33,348 bases of DNA from an uncultured Clostridia bacterium (GCA_937913075.1 CALEPU010000210.1:1-33348); one strand, 5' to 3'. Numbered from the stretch's first letter, positions 16,196 through 24,964 are shown. Translations and numbers: made by a program. Notes: generated from the sequence alone by a model not told the origin.

Positions 16196-16225
16196 GAGGG
16201 GAGAAATCCTTTCCCTCTTATTTTG
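16196..16225 (+). terminator. Possible terminator of the rubrerythrin gene
   Basis: GAGGG(GAG)AAA-TCC-TTTCCCTC with a 3-nt bulge, followed by TTATTTTG. Confidence 0.4.
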
Positions 16226-16345
16226 TCCTTCGGCTGCTCCAAAAGTGCCCTTCGGCGCGTCCCGCTCCCTCTTCCAGTAGCAAAAAGGAGCTTGATAGTG
16301 TCCACGAAAAATGTGTCCCTGATTTTTGACTGATAGACAAAAGGA

Positions 16346-16366
16346 GAGCGGGGACGCGCCCCGCTC
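16346..16366 (-). terminator. Terminator hairpin downstream of the SHOCT gene
   Basis: GAGCGGGG-CGCGT-CCCCGCTC on the minus strand, followed by TCCTTTTGTCT, 16 nt after the stop. Confidence 0.55.
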
Positions 16367-16381
16367 CCATAAGTACAGTAT

Positions 16382-16993
16382 TTACAGTCCTAAAAGTTGT
16401 TTTTTCTTCGCATCAAACTCTTCCTGAGAGATAGCGCCATTGTCAAGCAGATCTTTGTATTTTTTAAGCTCGTCTGCATTACTTTGCAGGATTTCTTGCT
16501 TAATTGTAGAAGTTGCAGTAGGTTTGCTTTGTCTGTCAACCAAAAGTTTACTGATTGCTTCATGCAATTCATCACGATTTTTAAGCATTGCAAACTTTAT
16601 TGCACCAGAAGCAGTAGTAACAGCAAGCCCACTAAAAATACTTGTTCCAACAGCAGTGATTGAATCAAGTGGTAAATCGACCCTCTTTCCTGCTGCGTTA
16701 AGACCAAAAACCCGTTTATCAGTGACTGTGATTTGAACCTTTGACCATCTCTTATAAATGATAAATCCGATAATGGCCAGCACAATGATTGCAGGATAGA
16801 GTGCATAATTTGCGTCATTCCAGAAACCGAATCCAAGAAGAAAGCCCAGCTTATAATCATTCCATTGATTAGCAAAGCTTATTGATACTGAAAAGTTATA
16901 AATAATTGTGCCGATTAAGCCAATAATGGGTAAAAGCATGCAAAAGAGCTTTGAATCCTTCAATTCGCCCTTAATAATAGTTTTTTCTTCCAT
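16382..16993 (-). CDS. Membrane protein with a bacterial PH-like domain and a C-terminal SHOCT domain
   Basis: Two predicted TM segments. ITVTDKRVFGL...VDLPLDSITAV is a PH-like core. The C-terminal ELKKYKDLLDNGAISQEEFDAKKKQLLGL is the SHOCT signature. Start ATG 16993 is preferred (AAAGGGG 8 nt upstream); ATG 17011 is the alternative. AT-rich coding sequence. Confidence 0.8.
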   Translation of the reverse strand: MEEKTIIKGELKDSKLFCMLLPIIGLIGTIIYNFSVSISFANQWNDYKLGFLLGFGFWNDANYALYPAIIVLAIIGFIIYKRWSKVQITVTDKRVFGLNAAGKRVDLPLDSITAVGTSIFSGLAVTTASGAIKFAMLKNRDELHEAISKLLVDRQSKPTATSTIKQEILQSNADELKKYKDLLDNGAISQEEFDAKKKQLLGL

Positions 16994-17223
16994 GATAATC
17001 GCCCCTTTCATTTGTTATCAGTTAAATTTCGTACCGCCAACTGTATCGGCAGCGGTACGCCCTTCATTTGAATATACCTTGATACCGTATTTGCACTGCT
17101 GCCTATTTTACGACCAACAGTGACCTAAGTGCCTAACTCTTTATAGAGCCGCTACATCTCTACAATTTTAATTTTTACAGACGGATTATCAAACATATTT
17201 CCTCCCATGTTTTTTATGTTCTA

Positions 17224-17433
17224 CTAAAAATCCTTACCAAGGCAAAAAGAGCATGCCTTCGCAACCTTTTTCCCATCAGGAAGACAGTCTTTCGCCTCTT
17301 GAAAAGAATTGAACAATCGCATGTTGCCTTCTTGTATTTGGCTTAGTTTGCACCTGCCATCGGTCGAGCTTGCATCATGGATCGTCCTCGTACTTAAATT
17401 GAGCAAGTACGTCATCGTTTTTCTTTGTTCCAT
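17224..17433 (-). CDS. Small (69 aa) putative zinc-binding protein, H-x8-C...C-x2-C
   Basis: Strong SD AGGAGGAG 4 nt before ATG 17433. TIHDASSTDGRCKLSQI...AKACSFC. The longer 137-aa ORF would run through the leader structure and terminator. Confidence 0.6.
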   Translation of the reverse strand: MEQRKTMTYLLNLSTRTIHDASSTDGRCKLSQIQEGNMRLFNSFQEAKDCLPDGKKVAKACSFCLGKDF

Positions 17434-17445
17434 TATTCTCCTCCT

Positions 17446-17479
17446 ATAATAAAAAGTGGCACAGCCGAAGCCATGCCAC
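17446..17479 (-). terminator. Intrinsic terminator/attenuator inside the leader, 12 nt upstream of the small-protein SD
   Basis: The minus strand reads GUGGCAUGGC-UUCG-GCUGUGCCAC (10 bp, UUCG tetraloop) followed by UUUUUAUUAU. Confidence 0.6.
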
Positions 17480-17504
17480 CGAAAAATGCACAGCTCCGTT
17501 TGTT

Positions 17505-17621
17505 GCCACACAAACTTCCGACATGCCAAAACCAGATGCCCAAGTGGAACCTGCATTTTTGCCGAAAAGCAAAAACGCACCCGGTATTGGCCGATTGTCG
17601 GAAAGTATTCGTTTGTGTGGC
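17505..17621 (-). ncRNA. ~117-nt rod-like structured leader RNA (unclassified cis-regulatory element or small RNA)
   Basis: Nested complementary segments: GCCACACAAA/UUUGUGUGGC; UUCCGACA/UGUCGGAA; GCCAAUACCGGGUGC/GCAUCUGGUUUUGGC (with G-U pairs); and an inner hairpin GUUUUUGC-UUUUCG-GCAAAAAU. The 5' end coincides with the predicted TSS. Confidence 0.4.
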
Positions 17622-17627
17622 ATAAAT

Positions 17628-17656
17628 ATAATACCACAGCTTTGATGTGAACGCAA
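17628..17656 (-). promoter_or_regulatory. Sigma-A promoter TTGCGT-17-TATTAT with TG extension (minus strand)
   Basis: -35 at 17656-17651; -10 at 17633-17628, preceded by TGG. The predicted TSS is near 17621. Confidence 0.5.
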
Positions 17657-17692
17657 TACTCTTTTGAATTTTTTGTATCATGCAGATGTTAA

Positions 17693-17975
17693 AAAGGAAG
17701 GGCGCTCGCCCTTCCCCAGCTTGATGACAAAGCCCGTTTGCTGCCCTTCCCCTACAGAGGGGAAGGTGTCAACGAGCCTTTTAGGGCGAGTTGACGGATG
17801 AGGTGGTGGCTGGAGTTGTGTTCAAAAAACTTAGTAAAATCAAGAACTTCTACCACCTCTTCCACCGCTTCGCTGCGCTTGCGGTCCCCCTTCCCCTCGG
17901 TAGGGGAAGGTTGTATGCTTGCGTGCAAAAAGGGTTTGTCAGCGGTCTGAGGAAGGGCGCTCGCCCTTCCCTTTA
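17693..17975. repeat. ~285-bp imperfect palindromic element (MITE/REP-like) carrying four GC-rich hairpins
   Basis: GGAAGGGCGCTCGCCCTTCC at 17696-17715 and 17951-17970. CCTTCCCCT-nnnn-AGGGGAAGG at 17745-17766 and 17889-17910. GAGGTGGT (17811) pairs with ACCACCTC (17852). The arms align as inverted repeats (GATGACAAAGCCC vs GCTGACAAACCC) around a centre near 17833. Confidence 0.6.
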
Positions 17976-17977
17976 AC

Positions 17978-19021
17978 TTACAGATCGTTATCCTGATACG
18001 GGGTATCTTCGAGGCCTTCTTCCCTGAGCTTCTTCACCTTTTTATCAAGCGCGGGCTTCAACAGGTTTTTGAACCGATTCGTGCCGCCGAACAGTCTGAC
18101 GAGCGTTGGGCTGATAAAATAATATGTACGGATGAATGCACGTCCTCTGCTTGTTTCGGCAAGCCTTTGATCGCGGTAGCGTCTGAGCGTCCAAACCTCG
18201 GGGCAGTCGTAAGAGCCGTAGACGGCTGTAGCTATATAGCAGCCCGTCTTTTTTGCATTTAACGAGAATGACGGTTCGAACATCCTGATTTTAGATACAT
18301 GCTCTTTAATAGTCGCCTTGCCCGCGTCAACGTCGTCGGTCATATCTAACACGGACTTATGGATCGCGATCGCCTTCTTCCAGCAGGGCACGGCGTTCTC
18401 CTTTGCGTATTCGCTGCCGAGCTGCTCCATGATACCGTCGCCGAACCTATAAAGGAGCTGCGCGGCGGACATACTGACGGCGGCGTGCTGCTGTGTGCTC
18501 TCGATTGCTGGCTCTTCCTCGGCTTTGTATTCGGTCTCGGAGCTTTCAAAGATATCTTCCGCGAACTCCAAGGTCCTTTCGCGCACTTCCTTAACGGCGT
18601 CAGCGCGGTCTTCGGAAGCCTCGACCTTTTCCTTGATGAGGGACAGTATGATATCGTCCATTTTCGAGAGCCTTTTCGCGGCGAGCTCGGGCTCCTCCTC
18701 GGCACTTTCCTGCGCCCGGTAATAGGCGGAATACAGGCATGCCTCCCAGCATGAAGGATCTTTGAGCAATATCTGTTCATAGTATCTGACGGCTCCGGGA
18801 GCGTCATCGGCAAAGCGCGCTCTCCTTGCGAGCACGAAAAGGTTTTTGAGCTCCTGCGACCGATCTATACTGACGGAGCCCTTGACGGTGACCGTCCCCT
18901 CGACAAACAGCTTCCTTGCCTCTTCAACGGTGTACTTCGTGCCGCACGATTGGCAGACGTAATAGCCGTTCTCCTTTATTATATCGTTGCTCGTGCACAT
19001 TTCACATTTGAGTGGGTTCAT
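17978..19021 (-). CDS. Hypothetical protein: N-terminal zinc ribbon, helical acidic middle, conserved C-terminal Cys-containing module
   Basis: CEMCTS...CQSCG ribbon. C-terminal GCYIATAVYGSYDCPEVWTLRRYRD...GRAFIRTYYFISP motif. GGAGG SD 6 nt upstream. Confidence 0.75.
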   Translation of the reverse strand: MNPLKCEMCTSNDIIKENGYYVCQSCGTKYTVEEARKLFVEGTVTVKGSVSIDRSQELKNLFVLARRARFADDAPGAVRYYEQILLKDPSCWEACLYSAYYRAQESAEEEPELAAKRLSKMDDIILSLIKEKVEASEDRADAVKEVRERTLEFAEDIFESSETEYKAEEEPAIESTQQHAAVSMSAAQLLYRFGDGIMEQLGSEYAKENAVPCWKKAIAIHKSVLDMTDDVDAGKATIKEHVSKIRMFEPSFSLNAKKTGCYIATAVYGSYDCPEVWTLRRYRDQRLAETSRGRAFIRTYYFISPTLVRLFGGTNRFKNLLKPALDKKVKKLREEGLEDTPYQDNDL

Positions 19022-19195
19022 CAGCCGCCTCCGTTGCCGTGTGATTGAAGCCGTCAGGGATCAAAAGAGCTCTTCAAGTATTTTAATCCAAAGCAAGGAG
19101 GCTGTCAACAAAGGCGGGGGTCAAATTTCGGCTGTACTTTTAGGCGCGCTTGCGGTATAATGTATCAATGAGATTTGTATTGCAAGGAGCAATCA

Positions 19196-20002
19196 ATGAA
19201 ACGGGTACTTGGCTGCATCCGCAGAGCGGATGAACGATACGGATTGATACACGATGGGGACAGCATTTGCGTGGGCGTAAGCGGCGGCAAGGACAGTCTT
19301 TTGCTTTTATACGGGCTGACGCTTTACAAGATGTTTTCTAAAAAGCATTACGAGGTACGAGGCGTGATGCTCGACCTGGGGCTTGTGGAGCAGGACTACA
19401 CCGCTCTTTTAGACTGGGCTGAGAGCGTAGGAGTACAGCTCGAGATATTGAAGACGGACATTGGCGACGTGGTATTCAACGTGCGCAAGGAGAAGAACCC
19501 ATGCGCCTTATGCGCCAAGTTCCGCAGGGGCGCTCTCAACACAGCCGCGCGCGAACGAGGCTGCAATCTTATCGCACTGGGGCATAACCGTGAGGACGTT
19601 TTGGAGACTTTTCTTCTGAGTCTGTTTTACGAGAGCAGGCTCAATACCTTTGCGCCGGTAACCTATATGGACAGGATGGACGTTACCATAATACGACCGC
19701 TCGTCTTCTTCCCCGACAAGGAGGCGCTATCGGCTGCGCGGCGCTTGGGACTGCCGGTGCAGAAGCCTAACTGTCCCGTGGCGGGCTTTACCAAGCGCGA
19801 GGAGATGAAAAACCTTTTAAAGGATTTCCGCCGAATAGTGCCCGATCCGGAAGAAAGGCTGATGAAGGCGATATCGGATGTGAGTCAGTACGGAATGTGG
19901 GACAGGATGAAGCTGCCTCCCAACGCACTTACGGGTCGCGAGCCGCAGTTGTTTGATACCGAAAGCTACAAGCTGAGCAAGGAGAACCAAGATGGAAGAT
20001 AA
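19196..20002 (+). CDS. PP-loop ATPase, TtcA-like tRNA thiolation enzyme family
   Basis: PP-loop VGVSGGKDS; Cys motifs NPCALCAKFRRG and KPNCPV. Start ATG 19196, with AAGGAG 7 nt upstream. Confidence 0.8.
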   Translation: MKRVLGCIRRADERYGLIHDGDSICVGVSGGKDSLLLLYGLTLYKMFSKKHYEVRGVMLDLGLVEQDYTALLDWAESVGVQLEILKTDIGDVVFNVRKEKNPCALCAKFRRGALNTAARERGCNLIALGHNREDVLETFLLSLFYESRLNTFAPVTYMDRMDVTIIRPLVFFPDKEALSAARRLGLPVQKPNCPVAGFTKREEMKNLLKDFRRIVPDPEERLMKAISDVSQYGMWDRMKLPPNALTGREPQLFDTESYKLSKENQDGR

Positions 20003-21392
20003 GAGCAGGATCAATTTTGAGGACACTAATCTTATTGATACGGCAAAGATACGCGAGAGCGCTGAAAAAGCCGCGGCGGACAGCGAGTCCGGCGCCTCTG
20101 AGCCTGAGCTGACGCTCTTTGAGGACGTTGCTCAGAAGGAGCAGGAGCTTGTACAGCGGGACGAGAACCGTCGCAAGGCTCGCACTGCCATGACCGCGAT
20201 AATCTGCGGACTTGCGGGGCTTTTGCTCGGCATCGGGCTGACGCTGCTGCTGGTAGGCATTGAATGCGGCGGGCTCGACAAGCTGCGTTCCGTCAAGCTC
20301 ATGGGCGAATATGATTCCTCGCTTTTCAGCGAGCTGTTATACCGCATCGAGACTCTGCACTTCGGTGAGACGCCTTCCGCCGAGGAGCTGAAAAACGCCG
20401 CCGCGCACGCCATGGTCGACGCTGTCGGCGACAGGTACGCGGCTTATTTCAGCAAGGAGGAGTACAGCGATTACATTTCGAGCATAAACGGCAACATCAA
20501 GGGAGGCGTCGGCATTTCGGTATATGCTCCTGACGAGAACGGAGCGCTAATACACAGGGTCTACGAGGGTACCTTTGCCGATCAGGCAGGCGTAAGATCG
20601 GGCGATATAATAATCGCTCTTGACGGCGTTGCCGTGGGCGGCAAGACGATCGACGAGCTTGTTGACATGATAGGCGGAGACGAGGGCACGACGGTAGAAT
20701 TTACCGTCAAGCGCGGAGACGAAACGCTGAGCATGGACGTTATGCGCGGCAACGTGTACATTAAGCGGGTCGAATACTTTATGCTCGACAACGGCATGGG
20801 GTACTTATATCTCTCCTCCTTTACGGGCGAAGCGGAAAACGAGTTCCGTGCGGCACTCGACGATCTTGAGGCTAAGGGTGCGACGGCTCTTGTTATCGAC
20901 CTGCGCGACAATCCCGGCGGCAGCCTCAGCACCGTCGTCAATATCTGCGACATGCTGCTGCCTCAGTGTACGATAGCCTCAATGCGCGGCAACACTACCG
21001 ACCCGACGCAGTATTTTTACTCCGACGCGGCGATGTGCGCTCTTCCCTTTGCGGTGCTTGTTAACGACGGCTCCGCCTCCGCGAGCGAGATATTCGCCGG
21101 CGCAATGCAGGACAACGGCAGGGCGAAGATAATCGGCACGCAGACCTATGGCAAGGGCATAGTGCAGACTACGTTTACATTAAACGACGATCACGGCTAT
21201 ATCAAGCTCACCACGGACGCTTACTTTACGCCCAACGGCACGAGCCTTTCCGGCACAGGCGTCACTCCCGACATAGTTGTGGAGCTGCCGGAGGAGCTGC
21301 AGGGCGCCGACGTTTACACTCTCTACACCCAATACCGCGACAGTGATACCCAGCTTAACGCTGCTATAGAGCTGCTGACGAAGGGCGAATAA
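19992..21392 (+). CDS. S41 family C-terminal processing peptidase with TM anchor and PDZ domain
   Basis: PDZ GVRSGDIIIALDGV; catalytic region DLRDNPGGSL and NDGSASASEIFAGAMQDNGRAKIIGTQTYGKG. It overlaps the previous gene by 11 nt. Confidence 0.9.
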   Translation: MEDKSRINFEDTNLIDTAKIRESAEKAAADSESGASEPELTLFEDVAQKEQELVQRDENRRKARTAMTAIICGLAGLLLGIGLTLLLVGIECGGLDKLRSVKLMGEYDSSLFSELLYRIETLHFGETPSAEELKNAAAHAMVDAVGDRYAAYFSKEEYSDYISSINGNIKGGVGISVYAPDENGALIHRVYEGTFADQAGVRSGDIIIALDGVAVGGKTIDELVDMIGGDEGTTVEFTVKRGDETLSMDVMRGNVYIKRVEYFMLDNGMGYLYLSSFTGEAENEFRAALDDLEAKGATALVIDLRDNPGGSLSTVVNICDMLLPQCTIASMRGNTTDPTQYFYSDAAMCALPFAVLVNDGSASASEIFAGAMQDNGRAKIIGTQTYGKGIVQTTFTLNDDHGYIKLTTDAYFTPNGTSLSGTGVTPDIVVELPEELQGADVYTLYTQYRDSDTQLNAAIELLTKGE

Positions 21393-21481
21393 CAAAAAGA
21401 ATAACACGAATCGGAGCTTTGACCCATACCCCTCCCCCTTCAGGCGGGGTACGGGCATTTGCGCTTTGAGCGGAGGAAAAG

Positions 21482-24400
21482 ATGTCTACAAAAAACGTGC
21501 TTGAAATATTGCATAACAGCGGCGAATACATGCGTCTTATCGAAGCCTTGCGGCACGGAGAGGGCGCTTTGAGCGTGTTCGGGCTCGGCGAGGCGCAGAG
21601 GCTGCACACGGTGAGCGCGCTGTATTCCGATATGGAAGGCGCATTGATGCTCGTTGCACCGAGCGCCGCCGCTGCGAACCGTGTTCATGAGGAGCTCTCG
21701 CAATACTGTGAGGATGCGCTGCTCTTCCCGCCGCGGGAGCTGCCGCTCGCCGTTCAGCACTACACGGAGTCTCCCGCGACAGCGGCGCAGAGGCTTACCT
21801 GTATGGAGCGGCTTATATCCGGCGGCAAGGTGTTGATAGTGACCTGCATCGAGGCGCTGATGCAAAGGATGGCGCCGCCCGAGCTCATTACGGATGCTAC
21901 GCACACCGTTCGCGTCGGCATGAGGATACAGCCGGATGCGCTGTTAAAAAAGTTTATAGACGCGGGCTATGTGCGGGAGGAGCTTTGCGAGGGGCGCGGG
22001 CAGGTGACCAAGCGCGGAGCATATATCGACATATATCCGCTCACCGCAAAAAATCCTGTGAGAATTGAGTTTTTTGACGACGAGATCGACACCCTCAGAG
22101 AGTTTGACCCTATAACTCAGCGGTCGATCGAAAACATAGATTTTGCGGTGATACCGCCTGCGACGGAGCTGCCCCTGACGCAGGAGCTCAAAAGGCGCGG
22201 CATTGCGGCGCTTCGCGATAAGCCGCGCTATGCCGAGGAGACCGAGATGCTGCGTGCCGGCGGCACGCCCGATAACGCTTTGATGCTGCTGCCGGTATTC
22301 TGCCGTGAGGAAATAAGCCTTTGCGATTATCTTGAAAAGGACGCTGTGATCGTGATAGACGAGCCCTCCCGCGCGGAGGAGAGCGGCAAGCTCGTATTCA
22401 ATGAGTTTCTTTCGGGGCTTTCCTCGGTGCTTGCCGAGGGCAGCGGGCACGAAAAGCAGGAGGGCTTGGTACACTCTGCTCTCGATACGATAACTCGTCT
22501 CGACACAACGCGCACGGTTATGCTCTTCTCCCTGACACGAAGCTACGGTTTGATACGTTCGAAGGGGCTGTTTAAATTTGAGACGCGTCCCGTTTCGCGT
22601 TACATGGGCAGGATAGAGCTTCTGCGCGACGACGTTGCGCTCTGGCGGCAAAAGGGATACACTGTGCTGCTCTACGCGGGGCAGCACGCAAGGAGACTTC
22701 ACGACAGCCTTTCCGATCTTGATACCGAGCTCGCCTACGCCGAAAGCCTCGACCGCGCCTTTGTGCCGCGTGAGTGCATAATAATCGGCGAGTCCATACC
22801 GCGCGGGTTCGAGTACCCGGAGCTGAAGCTCGCCGCAGTATCGGAATACGAGATATACGGCACAGAAACGAGGGCAAAGGCGCATCCCGCAAAAAAGCGC
22901 GCAGCGCTTGCCTTTACCGAGCTTGAGGTGGGTGACCTTATAGTTCACGAGGCGCACGGAATAGGAAGATTTACCGGCGTCAAGACGCTGACTGTTGACG
23001 GCAGATCGCGCGATTATATCGAGCTTGCCTACCTTGCGGGCGACAAGCTTTTTATACCGACAGATCAACTGGACCGCGTACAGAAGTACATCGGCGGCGA
23101 CGAGGGCAAGACCAAGCTTTCAAAGCTCGGCTCGGGCGAATGGCAGAGGACTGTCGCACGATCGCGCGAGAGCGCAAGAAAGCTCGCATTTGACCTTGTT
23201 GCGCTCTACGGGCAGAGAAGCCGCATCAAGGGGCATGCCTTTTCAAAGGACACCCCGTGGCAGACGAGGCTCGAAGCGAGCTTTCCCCACACGGAGACGG
23301 CGGATCAGCTCACAAGTATTGCAGAGATAAAGGCCGATATGGAGAGCACGCGGATAATGGACCGTCTGCTCTGCGGCGACGTCGGCTACGGCAAGACGGA
23401 GGTTGCGCTGCGAGCCGCCTTCAAATGCGCCATGGACGGCAAGCAGTGCGCGGTGCTGGTGCCTACGACCATACTCGCCCAACAGCACTACAACACCTTC
23501 TCATCGCGCTTTGCGGGGTTCCCTGTAAATGTTGAGCTTTTATCGAGGTTCAGGACGGAGCATGAAGCGGCTTTAATAAAGGAGCGGCTGAAAAAGGGCG
23601 ATATCGACGTGATAATCGGCACTCATTCCCTGCTTGCGAAATCGGTCAAATTCCACGATCTCGGGCTTTTGATAATCGACGAGGAGCAAAGATTCGGGGT
23701 CAATCACAAGGAGCAGATCAAGGAGCTTAAACGGACTGTCGACGTGCTGACGCTCTCCGCGACGCCGATACCCCGCACGCTGCACATGAGCCTTGCCGGG
23801 ATACGCGACATGAGTGTTATCGAGACTCCGCCGGAGGCAAGGTATCCGGTACAAACGATCGTCTGCGAATACAACGAGGCTATGGTCCGAGAGGCTATAC
23901 TGAAAGAGACAGCAAGAGGCGGTCAGGTATACTTCGTTTACAATATAGTCAAGACGATGGAGCTGTTTGCGGGCAAGCTTTCCGAGCTCGTGCCTGAGGC
24001 GCGGGTCGCCTATGCCCACGGGCAGATGAGCGAGCGTCAGCTTGAACGCACTATGCTCGATTTTATGGAGGGCAAATACGACGTGCTGCTGTGCAGTACC
24101 ATTATTGAAAGCGGTCTCGATATCACCAACGTCAACACGATGATAGTGTACGACGCGGACAAGATGGGGCTGTCACAGCTTTATCAGCTTCGCGGCAGGG
24201 TCGGCAGGGGCGCAAGGCTCGGTTATGCCTATCTCACCTTCCGTCACGACAAGGTGCTGACGGAGATAGCCGACAAGAGGCTGACTGCTATCCGTGAGTT
24301 CACACAGTTTGGCGCGGGGTTCAAGATAGCCATGCGCGACCTTGAAATAAGGGGCGCGGGCGACGTTTTGGGCGCGGAGCAGTCGGGGCACATGGCTGAG

Positions 24401-24964
24401 GTCGGCTATGAGCTTTACTGCAAGCTCATTGGCAACGCCATAAAGGAGGCTAAGAACGAGCCGATCGTTCCCGAGCTCGACGCCGTTATGGAAATACCGC
24501 TCGACGCGCACATACCGCCAAAGTACATCCCAAGAGAGCAGGGCCGCATTGCGATGTACAAGCGAATCGCTGCTATCACCGACCTCGATACGCTGCGCGA
24601 CGTGGAGGATGAGCTTATCGACCGCTATGGCGATATACCCAAGCCCGTTATGAATTTGCTTGAAATATCGCTCTACAAGGCAAGGGCTGAGGCATTGGGG
24701 CTTGCAGCAGTCTCGGTCAAAGCCGAGGAAGCGAAGCTTACCTTCGCGCCTGAGGCCAAGCTCGATCCTGCGGCGTTCATGCAGGCTGTCGCCTCAACAG
24801 AGGGCGCGCAGGTGCTGACGAAAAAGTCCGGCTCCGGCGATAGCGGCGTAACGACTCTGCTTTTGATAAAGCGCAGGCACAGAACGCAGGAGGCTATGTT
24901 TGAAGCCGCAAAGGAAGCTATCGACCTTTTGCTTTCGTGCGTGAAGAGACACGAGGAGATCTGA
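21482..24964 (+). CDS. mfd: Transcription-repair coupling factor
   Basis: 1160 aa. UvrB-homology N-terminus, RNAP-interaction region (GDLIVHEAHGIGRF), SF2 motifs GDVGYGKTEVA, DEEQRFG and QLRGRVGR, and a TRCF C-terminal domain. Confidence 0.95.
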   Translation: MSTKNVLEILHNSGEYMRLIEALRHGEGALSVFGLGEAQRLHTVSALYSDMEGALMLVAPSAAAANRVHEELSQYCEDALLFPPRELPLAVQHYTESPATAAQRLTCMERLISGGKVLIVTCIEALMQRMAPPELITDATHTVRVGMRIQPDALLKKFIDAGYVREELCEGRGQVTKRGAYIDIYPLTAKNPVRIEFFDDEIDTLREFDPITQRSIENIDFAVIPPATELPLTQELKRRGIAALRDKPRYAEETEMLRAGGTPDNALMLLPVFCREEISLCDYLEKDAVIVIDEPSRAEESGKLVFNEFLSGLSSVLAEGSGHEKQEGLVHSALDTITRLDTTRTVMLFSLTRSYGLIRSKGLFKFETRPVSRYMGRIELLRDDVALWRQKGYTVLLYAGQHARRLHDSLSDLDTELAYAESLDRAFVPRECIIIGESIPRGFEYPELKLAAVSEYEIYGTETRAKAHPAKKRAALAFTELEVGDLIVHEAHGIGRFTGVKTLTVDGRSRDYIELAYLAGDKLFIPTDQLDRVQKYIGGDEGKTKLSKLGSGEWQRTVARSRESARKLAFDLVALYGQRSRIKGHAFSKDTPWQTRLEASFPHTETADQLTSIAEIKADMESTRIMDRLLCGDVGYGKTEVALRAAFKCAMDGKQCAVLVPTTILAQQHYNTFSSRFAGFPVNVELLSRFRTEHEAALIKERLKKGDIDVIIGTHSLLAKSVKFHDLGLLIIDEEQRFGVNHKEQIKELKRTVDVLTLSATPIPRTLHMSLAGIRDMSVIETPPEARYPVQTIVCEYNEAMVREAILKETARGGQVYFVYNIVKTMELFAGKLSELVPEARVAYAHGQMSERQLERTMLDFMEGKYDVLLCSTIIESGLDITNVNTMIVYDADKMGLSQLYQLRGRVGRGARLGYAYLTFRHDKVLTEIADKRLTAIREFTQFGAGFKIAMRDLEIRGAGDVLGAEQSGHMAEVGYELYCKLIGNAIKEAKNEPIVPELDAVMEIPLDAHIPPKYIPREQGRIAMYKRIAAITDLDTLRDVEDELIDRYGDIPKPVMNLLEISLYKARAEALGLAAVSVKAEEAKLTFAPEAKLDPAAFMQAVASTEGAQVLTKKSGSGDSGVTTLLLIKRRHRTQEAMFEAAKEAIDLLLSCVKRHEEI

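Noticed and set aside
21944-23068. 374-aa minus-strand ORF
   Set aside because: It lies entirely inside mfd on the opposite strand. It has Arg-rich antisense composition and no motifs.
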